From Mantamonas sphyraenae STR306 (lineage: Eukaryota > Protista > CRuMs): a DNA stretch of 64,000 bases. The DNA is taken from assembly GCA_026936335.1 (NCBI GenBank), contig JAPMXV010000056.1, forward strand, positions 310,001 through 374,000. The letters are read 5' to 3'. The notes under the pieces are model-generated. The model was given only the letters and a program-made list of their open reading frames with translations, was not told the DNA's origin and did no database searches. The translations under genes and the position numbers were made by a program. Shown in pieces: positions 41,283 through 50,979 of this stretch; position 1 is the stretch's first letter, and the number at the start of each line of letters is the position of its first letter.

Positions 41283-41448
41283 GACCACGGCTGAATGGGG
41301 GGGAGGGAGGGAGGGTGTGGAAGGGGAAGGGAGGAGTGTGCGACGCTTTTGAGTTTGTGGAGGTCGGGCGAGAGTGCACGCGAACGAATGAGCAATGGGT
41401 GTCGGGTGGGTGGGACATTGAATGAGCAGAACGGGTGAATTGGTTCAT

Positions 41449-42513
41449 TCACGGACTGACCCAGTCGAGAAAGAGGAGGGAGACGCTGAGGATGATGAAC
41501 ATCACAAGGAAACAGAGACGAAAACTACGCAGATTCTTGCTGGCTTCGTTAAACTGTTTGTGTGCGTCACGTACGAGCTCGGTCTGCTTGTGGGCGTCCT
41601 GTTGCAGCTGCTCGATCTTCCCCTTCTGCTCGAGGACGTTTGTTTCGAACAGTTCCTGCAGGGCCGAGATCTGCTGCACTTGCTGCTGAATGTGTGTGAC
41701 TTGGTCCAGACGTGAGGATAGCTTGTCGACGAGGGCATCGTTCTCCTCCTGAAGCTGTTCAAGGATGCCGCTTGACTCAAGTTGGCGCTCGATGTGCGGG
41801 TCGAGCTGAATAATGGGTGCAGAGAGGTTGTGGAGGGAGGATGGAGAGGAGCGGCCGTGTTGTCGAGGGTTGGAGTCGTTGGGCGGGCTTACGTGAACCT
41901 TGAGTGTGGTCTGCTCTCGCTCAAGCAGGCGTTTGAGGCGCAACTGCTTGCTGTGGGCAAAGCGGGCAAAGACACGCTGCAGGCGGGTCTCGAGGATGTG
42001 CACGACGCCATGCTGGTGGAGAAGTTGGTGGGAATGTGCAGAGTCGTCTTGGGCAGGGCTGTCCATGTGTTGGGAGAGGGCAGCGATGCGTGAGCGGCAG
42101 GTGTGCATCAGCGAGGTGAGCTCCACGTCAACGGCGTCCTTTTCAGACTCTGAGAGGCTGTCGTGGGCGCCATGCACTCGATGGACGCTGGTATCTACAT
42201 AGCGAGGCAGCACCTGTTCGATGGCCTCGTGGAGGTCGCCAATGGAGCGCAGGACGGCGCGTGCGTGGCGGTGGAATGGGCTCGCGTTGGCGTTGGCCGA
42301 AAGGAGGGAGCCATACAGAATGGTGTTTGCGTTTGTGCGTGGGTTGTGCGCTTTGTGGGAGGACGTGGTGTGTTCCGGGGACGAAGTGGAAGAAGGTGCG
42401 GGAGAGGAGGGGGTGGAGGAGGAGGATTCTTGGTCGAGGGTGCTTTGAGTTTGCTGGGCCGATTTCAGGGCCCCAGCCACGAGGGTGGCAAAGTGACGAG
42501 TGCGGTCCCTCAT
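41449..42513 (-). CDS. STX18: Syntaxin-18 / Ufe1 ER Qa-SNARE
   Basis: MRDRTRHF N-peptide, LSESEKDAVD, HQHGVVHIL, SNARE heptads (LQEEN..QISALQELFETNVLEQ) and a C-terminal TM ending LLFLDW. Confidence 0.85.
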   Translation of the reverse strand: MRDRTRHFATLVAGALKSAQQTQSTLDQESSSSTPSSPAPSSTSSPEHTTSSHKAHNPRTNANTILYGSLLSANANASPFHRHARAVLRSIGDLHEAIEQVLPRYVDTSVHRVHGAHDSLSESEKDAVDVELTSLMHTCRSRIAALSQHMDSPAQDDSAHSHQLLHQHGVVHILETRLQRVFARFAHSKQLRLKRLLEREQTTLKVHVSPPNDSNPRQHGRSSPSSLHNLSAPIIQLDPHIERQLESSGILEQLQEENDALVDKLSSRLDQVTHIQQQVQQISALQELFETNVLEQKGKIEQLQQDAHKQTELVRDAHKQFNEASKNLRSFRLCFLVMFIILSVSLLFLDWVSP

Positions 42514-43132
42514 CGGGGGCAGGGAGAAAGAGAATGAGAGAGAGAGAGAGGAAGCAAGAGTTGCTGATTGGGTTGGGAGAGGGAGAGTTTGGGACGAGTT
42601 GGTTTTGTTTCGACTGGAGGACCGGTGATGCCATGCATGGTTTTGGAGACACACAAATCCAATGGCACAAACATTGCACCCATGGCTGGTGATGTTGTGG
42701 ATGGACGGGAAGGGGCGCACTGGTTTGGGGAGGGGGGCAACTGGGGAGGGGAGGCACATGCAAGGCAAGAATGGCAAAAAGTCGGTGCACTGAAGGCATA
42801 GGAGGCATGGAGAGAAGAGGGAAGGGGGAAGAAGGGCGAAAGGGAGGAGAGAAATGTCCACCTTCCGATTCGGAGTGCGTCAGGGAGCAACAAAGGCTCT
42901 ACGCGTCCGACTCAACAAAGGAAGGCAGGATTCAAAAGGGCTCGACGGCCCCGGAAAACTCGGGTCATTTGTCTGCGGGCATTCGGTTGTGGACTAACCT
43001 GGGGCACAACCGCGCTCGGGTTGTTAGGCCGTGCGCAGTTACTATCTGGTCAACGTCCACACCATCATATCCCGGCCGCACATTTACGCTGGGGGGGTTT
43101 GGGCGGTGGCGCCATCGAAGCCAAGAAGAACG

Positions 43133-44464
43133 ATGTGGATTGTGCAACTGGCATGGGAACGGGCACGGAAGCAGCCTGTAGCGGCAGCGGTGGTGTCGTG
43201 TGCGGTAGTGTACGGCCTGGAGCGCATGCGACAGTGGTGGTGGGCAGGAAGAGGATCGAGCTCGGGTGGGACGCGCGCAGCTGTGGACGGGAAGGGGAAG
43301 AAGCTGGTGGCTCAAGAGACGATAGAGGATGTGGAACAGGCAGGGGCAGGGACAGTGTCTCGTGTGGCAAAGCAGGCGTCAGCGGGTCTGTCTGAAGTGG
43401 ACCAACTGCGGCTGGAGCTGAAGCGAAGCAACGAACGGCTGACGGCGGAGATCTCCAGGCGCAAAGAGGAGCGAAGAGGGCGCACGACGGCGGAACGACG
43501 CGTGCGAGAGCTGCAGGAGGCGTTGGAAAACGCAGGGACGGTGGAGGAGGGTGAGGAGGGGGGTGTGAAAGAGGGTGAGGAGGGAGGATCGTCGTCGTCG
43601 TCGTCGTCGGGAGGAGGTGTACGGCGACATACGATGTACGAGTTGGGACGACTGGAAAGTGTATTTCGAACACGCAACGGATGCCCGCGTCAGGGGAACC
43701 TTGTGCCAACGGGAAAGGCGCAACTGAAGCTGGACGCTCGACTGATCCAAGGGGCGGCACTGGAGGGGTTGGAAGAGTATTCGCATGTGTGGCTGTTGTT
43801 TGTGTTTCACGAAAACACAAATGTGGCCTCGCAACGGGAGATGGGCACGAAGCAACGAGCGCTGAAGGCAAAGATCAAGCCACCTCGATTGGGGAGGAAG
43901 GTGGGCCTGTTTTCGACTCGTACACCACACCGACCAAATGCACTCGGGTTGTCTGTGGCCACACTGGAGGGCGTGGAGGATGGGGTGGTGTACTTGAGCG
44001 GAGTGGACCTGATCGACGGCACCCCGATCCTGGACATCAAGCCGTACATTGCCGAGTACGACCGAATGATGGACACACGCCAAGCCGAATGGTTGAGTGC
44101 GTCGCTGACGCCGCAAGTACGCATTGGGTCGGTGGAGTGGACGGAAGAGGCAGAGGCGCAGTGGGAAGCGTTGGAGGATGCAGCGCTGAGGTTGTATGCC
44201 GACGACAAGGAAGCATTGCGAGCAACTGTGGAACAAGTGATCCATCTGGACCCTCGCTCGCACTATCGTCGGACGCGAGGCAAGGGAGCAGGAGAGGAGC
44301 CGGCGAGCTCGACACACTGGATGCGTCTGGATGCCATCCAAGTGGGCTTTGACGTGGTGGCACATGGACACAGCAGCAGCGGAAGTGAAGAGGGTGACGC
44401 AGACGCAGATGGGGAGCAGAATGTGGCACGTGTGGTCCACGTGGCGTTGGCGGAAAACGGCTGA
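43133..44464 (+). CDS. TRMO: tRNA (adenine37-N6)-methyltransferase TrmO/YaeB family
   Basis: FRTRNGCPRQG, LEGLEEYSHVWLLFVFHEN, GLFSTRTPHRPNALGLS, GVDLIDGTPILDIKPY, DPRS. Confidence 0.95.
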   Translation: MWIVQLAWERARKQPVAAAVVSCAVVYGLERMRQWWWAGRGSSSGGTRAAVDGKGKKLVAQETIEDVEQAGAGTVSRVAKQASAGLSEVDQLRLELKRSNERLTAEISRRKEERRGRTTAERRVRELQEALENAGTVEEGEEGGVKEGEEGGSSSSSSSGGGVRRHTMYELGRLESVFRTRNGCPRQGNLVPTGKAQLKLDARLIQGAALEGLEEYSHVWLLFVFHENTNVASQREMGTKQRALKAKIKPPRLGRKVGLFSTRTPHRPNALGLSVATLEGVEDGVVYLSGVDLIDGTPILDIKPYIAEYDRMMDTRQAEWLSASLTPQVRIGSVEWTEEAEAQWEALEDAALRLYADDKEALRATVEQVIHLDPRSHYRRTRGKGAGEEPASSTHWMRLDAIQVGFDVVAHGHSSSGSEEGDADADGEQNVARVVHVALAENG

Positions 44465-46093
44465 TCCGTAGCTAGAAGCACGACGGAATGAAAACACACA
44501 CGATGTGCAGTATGGGCTGGATGAAGCTGGCAATGAACGAGGGACATGTGCATGGATGGCCTCCACGGTCGACGGTGGTGTCCCCATAGAGTGTGGTGCG
44601 GGCAAACTACACTCAGGTTACCTTTCGGATGCGGCCACTGCTCGTCCAGTTCTCTACAGCAAACTCCACCACCACCGTCGGGTACTGTGGCGTGCCACAC
44701 AGTCATGTGTGTGCTTGAATCAATCACACACGTCGTTCTCGACACACATCAACCATCGCAGAAACTGGAACGGACTTCCAGAACTCTCCGAAAGAGCACG
44801 GGAAACGGCTTTTCCTGCGTGTGGGGTAATCGTGGCCTCCACTGCACGATGGATGACTCTGTGACCACTGAGGAGGCATGCTGATCCGGTCGATGGCCGT
44901 TCCTGGTTGTACACGCGCATCCCTGCTTGGAAACCGCGCCACCCTCCCTGTTCCCCGCGAGAATGTGTGAATACGAACACGTGTGCGTTGCACGTTTCCA
45001 CGCACTGCCCACGTCCCTTTGGTCGCCTGGCACAGCCACACGCGTGCTTGGACCATAGGACCCTGTGCAACACTCTCCACACGCACTTGTCCGCTTTGCC
45101 GATAGCCGGACCCGCTGCACAAAAAGTTCCCAAAACCCTCCTCACCCACGTATCCAGCGCTACATGCAACCCTGCCTTCTTCATTGCCTCCAACAGCCCC
45201 GCGCCTACTCATCTGCACACCGCGTGTACGCCCTCTCTTGGCGACTGCAGTGTGGAGGCGCTCAATAGTCCTCGTGGCTTTCCTTCCTGCGTTTTGCCCA
45301 CCGCAACCCACATGCATTGCACAGCCTATGTACATCGTCACATCACACACGCGTGTCAGCACCCATGTACATCCCACACCACGCACTCTCTGCCCTTCCC
45401 CGTCTCCACACACTCTCCTACACACCCGCTAACCCTCGTCCCGAAAAAGCAATCCCAAAATGGCTAATTTTGGACGGCCTTCTCTCAACTCATTACACTC
45501 TCATGCACTCCCTTGGCAACAAACACCACACTTACGTGTTTGGTCCAGCATCCGACGTGCGCCATTCTGGTGTCTCTGTCGTCCCGCATTGGATGCACAC
45601 CGACGAGATCTTTGCGCTGCCACGCAATCGCTTGCGCTTCTTTGACGCAGGCTTCTTTCCTCGCTTCCGGTTGCCTGTCTTGTTCGGCTTTGTGTTCAGA
45701 CGCAGTTCCTTTTCGTAGACACGTCGGTTCGATGCCGCCATTCGCTTGCTTTGCCGTTCTCCGGCTTGTTCGTCAACCGGAGATTTCAGTGTCAGCGGCA
45801 CCTGGCTCGTGTACGCCTCGTATCCACTGCCGCTGCCGTATCTCCTGTTGCTGTTGCTGTTGTTGCTACTGTTGCTGATCATTCTGTTGCTGTTCTGGTT
45901 CTGTACCATGTCCAGCTGCCGCTCAAATCGGCCTGTTCCCTGCGTTCGTTGCAAAGCTGCGAGTTGGGCCTGCAGCAATTTCTGCTGTTGTTGCAGCTCT
46001 ACGCCACGTACAGCCTGAACCAGCTCTTCAAACTGTTGTCGCTGGTTGGTGTTGCTGTGAGACTCTGTGGTCATGGCATCCACGCGCTGTGTG
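44278..46093. repeat. Left arm of a ~1.8-kb near-identical inverted repeat
   Basis: Reverse complement of 47275-49097 with only scattered SNPs and indels. Weaker similarity continues inward to ~46350. Confidence 0.95.
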
Positions 46094-46479
46094 GTGGTGT
46101 GCTTCTTCTGCAAGGGCAGCCAAAGCTGCGGCATGTCCACGCCGTATTGCGACAAAACGCTTTTTAGCGGCGGAAGCTTGTGCTCGCCCTCCGCGCTGCT
46201 CACGGACAGAGCACGGGGCGAGTTCAGTGCACTGGTATTCATGGACGGTAAGGAGCTGCCGCTGCCGTGCTTGTGCAGTTCAGACAGCATATAAGCCATC
46301 TCCTTGGTATATTGAGAATGCGAGCCCTGGGAAGAGTTCTTGTCCTCTGCAAGGCTACGATTGTTCCCGGAGGCCTGGGAGGCCTGGGATGTGCCGCTAG
46401 ATTGCTTGGACGCACCCGTACGGCCTGTATGTGTGCCACTCTCCACGTTGCTGCGCCCCTGCGCTTGTTGCATTTGCAT
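45262..46479 (-). CDS. GATA zinc-finger transcription factor, copy A (intact; C-x2-C-x18-C-x2-C)
   Basis: CIQCGTTETPEWRTSDAGPNT|LCNACGLRWAKRRK. The finger is split by intron 45326-45535 (GTAAGT..TAG). The start is uncertain because in-frame ATGs also occur upstream, e.g. 46749. Confidence 0.9.
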
Positions 46480-46957
46480 TACACAAAAAATGAGGAAAAG
46501 TGGTGGGCGTTCCGGCGCTTTTTCGCTGCACAGAATTTTCGCTTCTGGAAGTTGCCTGTGGTTCCCCCGGTCAACGCCAACGACCGTGTGTTTGCATGCC
46601 TTCTGGATGTGCCCAACATGCTTCATGTGACTCTGTACTGCAACAGGGCTCCCAAGGAACTTTTTCCGCCTTCTGTTCGGCGATGCTGAGGCCACCTGCG
46701 CAGCAGCTGGTCTCAGGGCGATGTGGGGCTGTCGGGGCGTGTATGACATGAGAGTGATGGATGCGAAAGGCGTGTGATTTGGTTCAACGAACCGGTCCCG
46801 GTTTCCGTTTCGCCAAGTCGGACCCACCTTGGGTCCGCAACGTTTTCCGCCGTCGCATCGGGCGCCGGGGTCGGCAATCTTTTCCCCGACGAATCGCACA
46901 CGAGGTGCAACAAAGACGCAGGACACATTGACGGCATCGATTGGCAAAACACATAGG

Positions 46958-48111
46958 ATGACGTTGACGACAGAGATTACCAACGAGCACACCACGCAAC
47001 AGAGTGTTGCGGAGGACAAAACGGCGAAGCGCTCTCGAAGCCCTCGTGAACTGGCGTCGATGCTTACCGAGCTCCACAAGCATGGCAGCGGCAACTCGCT
47101 GCGCTCCATCACGCACAGCACCACGAGTTCCACCAGTAGCCTCAACTCGCCCCGTGCTCTGTCCGTGAGCAGCGCGGAGGGCGAGCACAAGCTTCCGCCG
47201 CTGAAAAACCTTTTGTCGCAGTACGGGATGGACATGCCCCAGCTCTGGCTGCCAATGCACGGCGGCAATGGCCACACACAGCGCGTGGATGCCATGACCA
47301 CAGAGTCTCACAGCAACACCAACCAGCGACAACAGTTTGAAGAGCTGGTTCAGGCTGTACGTGGCGTAGAGCTGCAACAACAGCAGAAATTGCTGCAGGC
47401 CCAACTCGCAGCTTTGCAACGAACGCAGGGAACAGGCCGATTTGAGCGGCAGCTGGACATGGTACAGAACCAGAACAGCAACAGAATGATCAGCAACAGT
47501 AGCAACAACAGCAACAGCAACAGCACAGGAGATACGGCAGCGGCAGTGGATACGAGGCGTACACGAGCCAGGTGCCGCTGACACTGAAATCTCCGGTTGA
47601 CGAACAAGCCGGAGAACGGCAAAGCAAGCGAATGGCGGCATCGAACCGACGTGTCTACGAAAAGGAACTGCGTCTGAACACAAAGCCGAACAAGACAGGC
47701 AACCGGAAGCGAGGAAAGAAGCCTGCGTCAAAGAAGCGCAAGCGATTGCGTGGCAGCGCAAAGATCTCGTCGGTGTGCATCCAATGCGGGACGACAGAGA
47801 CACCAGAATGGCGCACGTCGGATGCTGGACCAAACACGTAAGTGTGGTGTTTGTTGCCAAGGGAGTGCATGAGAGTGTAATGAGTTGAGAGAAGGCCGTC
47901 CAAAATTAGCCATTTTGGGATTGCTTTTTCGGGACGAGGGTTAGCGGGTGTGTAGGAGAGTGTGTGGAGACGGAGAAGGGCAGATCGTGCGTGATGTGGG
48001 ATGTACATGGGTGCTGACACGCGTGTGTGATGTGACGATGTACATAGGCTGTGCAATGCATGTGGGTTGCGGTGGGCAAAACGCAGGAAGGAAAGCCACG
48101 AGGACTATTGA
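46958..48111 (+). CDS. GATA zinc-finger transcription factor, copy B (apparent frameshift at ~47524)
   Basis: Same C-terminus and intron (47838-48047) as copy A, with a different N-terminus. An extra AGCAC (5 nt) in the AGCAAC repeat shifts the frame before the finger. Confidence 0.8.
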
Positions 48112-49097
48112 GCGCCTCCACACTGCAGTCGCCAAGAGAGGGCGTACACGCGGTGTGCAGATGAGTAGGCGCGGGGCTGTTGGAGGCAATGAAGAAGGCA
48201 AGGTTGCATGTAGCACTGGATACGTGGGTGAGGAGGGTTTTGGGAACTTTTTGTGCAGCGGGTCCGGCTATCGGCAAAGCGGACAAGTGCGTGTGGAGAG
48301 TGTTTGCACAGGGTCCTATGGTCCAAGCACGTGTGTGGCTGTGCCAGGCGCCCAAAGGGACGTGGGCAGTGCGTGGAAACGTGCAACGCACACGTGTTCG
48401 TGTTCACACATTCTCGCGGGGAACAGGGAGGGTGGCGCGGTTTCCAAGCAGGGATGCGCGTGTACAACCAGGAACGGCCATCGACCGGATCAGCATGCCT
48501 CCTCAGTGGTCACAGAGTCATCCATCGTGCAGTGGAGGCCACGATTACCCCACACGCAGGAAAAGCCGTTTCCCGTGCTCTTTCGGAGAGTTCTGGAAGT
48601 CCGTTCCAGTTTCTGCGATGGTTGATGTGTGTCGAGAACGACGTGTGTGATTGATTCAAGCACACACATGACTGTGTGGCACGCCACAGTACCCGACGGT
48701 GGTGGTGGAGTTTGCTGTAGAGAACATGGACGAGCAGTGGCCGCATCCGAAAGGTAACCTGAGTGTAGTTTGCCCTCACCACACTCTATGGGGACACCAC
48801 CGTCGACCATGGAGGCCATCCATACACATGTCCCTCGTTCATTGTCAGCTTCATCCAGCCCATACTGCACATCGTGTGTGTTTTCATTCCGTCGTGCTTC
48901 TAGCTACGGATCAGCCGTTTTCCGCCAACGCCACGTGGACCACACGTGCCACATTCTGCTCCCCATCTGCGTCTGCGTCACCCTCTTCACTTCCGCTGCT
49001 GCTGTGTCCATGTGCCACCACGTCAAAGCCCACTTGGATGGCATCCAGACGCATCCAGTGTGTCGAGCTCGCCGACTCGTCTCCTGCTCCCTTGCCT
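47275..49097. repeat. Right arm of the ~1.8-kb near-identical inverted repeat
   Basis: Reverse complement of 44278-46093. The outer boundary is at AGGCAAGGGAGCAGG. Confidence 0.95.
48911..49097 (-). pseudogene. Duplicated 3' fragment of TRMO (last ~61 codons)
   Basis: Encodes GKGAGDESASSTHWMRLDAIQVGFDVVAHG..VHVALAENG*, almost identical to the TRMO C-terminus. No catalytic domain. Confidence 0.85.
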
Positions 49098-49221
49098 TGG
49101 GGTTGTGCGTGCACAGTTGCGTCCATCAAGGTGTTGCACATGTAACACGTGCGTGGAAACATCGCTATGTGCTGTCGATCCTCTTGGAGGCATCGCGTCA
49201 CGTGCCCATGCTCAAAACGCC

Positions 49222-50208
49222 CTACATTTGTCCATCCTCCTCCACGTTGGCCTTGACCAGTGTGATGGAGTGCAAATCCAGAGAGAATGGCCCCTCTTGC
49301 TTGTCCGCCAGTGTGAACCCCAGGGTTTGAAGCTTGCTGGTGTTCATGAGCGGTTGTTCTTCCTGCACCATCCCACGCCACGTCAGCACGAAATCGCGCT
49401 CAAACAGCAAGCGCACACGGTGGAACCCTTCCATGCCCTCTGCCTCTCGCGCCTGTACAATCCCGACACTTCGTCGGGGCCGTGCTTGAGGCGGCGCCAC
49501 AAATGCTTGATGCAAATGATGAGGCACCAGGTTCTCTGTCTGTAAATTGAAAAAGTATGTGCGCTCGTCGTTCTGCACAGGCGCGGCTGCGTTAGCCATG
49601 GTGTCTCTTTCCCCTCTGCCAATTTAAGCACATCTGCGTCGGCCACGTCCCATACACTGGCGCCCTCACGACACGTACCCACCGCACCGTCAACTCCACG
49701 CCGTCGTACTCGTCGATTTCGTCCAAGTCCATCAACGTGGCCTGAATGTGTGCACAGCAACGTGTCAGTTCATCACTTTCTCACCACGGTGGCCGCCGTT
49801 CAACCTTTTCTGCGTCACCTACAGGCGTCACAATGTTGGCAAACCCGCTGCGGATCATCTCGCCACTTGTTTCCAGCGACAGCTCGCCATGGAAGCGTGC
49901 TGTGACTTGCGTGTCAGCTCCTAAACATGTGCGCATACACCGTGCCGTGGCGCATTCATTGCACAACACCTACCGCACTGGTCCTGCTCCACAAACACCA
50001 GATCCGCTCGTGAAAACCCGCCTACTGACGAGTCCGCCCGCACCTGCCACGCCTCCACGTCCTGCGCTCGGGCAAACTCCACCAGTGTCTTTCGTTCGGG
50101 CACTGCATCAAACGACAACGAGAACGCCTTGCGTGTTCGATTCTTGAACGTCTGCAGTTTCCGCTTCCACATCGCCGTGGCTGCTCTCGCGCTCTCTCGC
50201 TGAACCAT
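49222..50208 (-). CDS. NDUFAF1: Complex I intermediate-associated protein 30 (multi-exon)
   Basis: WQVRADSSVGGFSRA, ARFHGELS..RSGFANI, DERTYFFNLQ, DFVLTWRGMVQEEQ, LGFTLADKQEGPFSLDLHSI. The start could be 50172. Confidence 0.88.
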
Positions 50209-50349
50209 GCTCACTCAACTCCGTAACGCCTGTCTCAGCATCACTTGGTCTCTCTGTGGTGCCGCCCCCTTGGTCCCATCTCTCTTCTACTTCCCGCAGC
50301 CGTCGCATCCGCGTCGGCTCCGCCAAAACGACCGTCCACACCTGCCATC

Positions 50350-50928
50350 ATGTCTAGTGATCTTCCCGAAGGCTGGGAGAAGATGGAGTCCAAGTCCAAC
50401 CCGGGCAAGTACTACTACTACAACCGCACCACAAACGAGAGCACCTGGAACAAGCCGGAAAGTGGGTGCTGATTCGCGCGCGCGCCCGCGTCACTTTGTC
50501 CCGCCGTTTGATGACAACAATCCACTCTGCTGACACACATCCCTGTACACCCGTCGCTCGCGCGTGTGTGGCTTTCTCTGCTGTGCACAGAGCTGCAGTA
50601 CCGAGCCTCGCACATCCTGGTCAAGCACACCGAATCTCGTCGTCCAAGCTCCTGGCGCGAGGACGTCATTACCCGCTCCAAGGACGAAGCCATCGACATT
50701 CTTCAGGGCTACCGTTCACAGATTGTCGACAACGAGCGCTCGTTTGAGGAGATTGCCAGCGAGTACTCCGACTGTGGTAGCGCCAAGCGCGAGGGTGATC
50801 TCGGCACGTTTGGGCCGGGCGACATGCAGAAACCCTTTGAGGACGCCGTGGCGGCTCTGGACGTGGGCGAACTCAGTGGAATCGTCGAGACCGCATCGGG
50901 GGTGCACATCATCAAGCGAACGGGATGA
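50350..50928 (+). CDS. PIN1: Peptidyl-prolyl isomerase Pin1/Ess1 (WW + parvulin)
   Basis: LPEGWEKMESKSNPGKYYYYN..STWNKP, RASHILVKH..SRRPSSWR, SDCGSAKREGDLG, MQKPFEDA, SGVHII. One intron. Confidence 0.96.
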
Positions 50929-50979
50929 GAAAAGGGGCGTGGCAAAAACAAAACTGTTTTCTTTCCAATGCCATCATTG

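Noticed and set aside
46480-47301. Upstream extension of the 589-aa ORF 45532-47301 across the whole palindrome core
   Set aside because: The first part is antisense to GATA copy B and the rest has no recognisable domain. It is treated as a chance open frame, although the true start of copy A is uncertain.
44278-49097. Palindrome as a fold-back read artefact
   Set aside because: The arms differ by substitutions, and the inner parts are diverged paralogous coding sequence around a unique spacer. A fold-back would not produce this.
44278-49097. Palindrome as a TIR/foldback transposon
   Set aside because: No transposase and no evident target-site duplication. The arm begins within the TRMO coding sequence and consists of host gene sequence.
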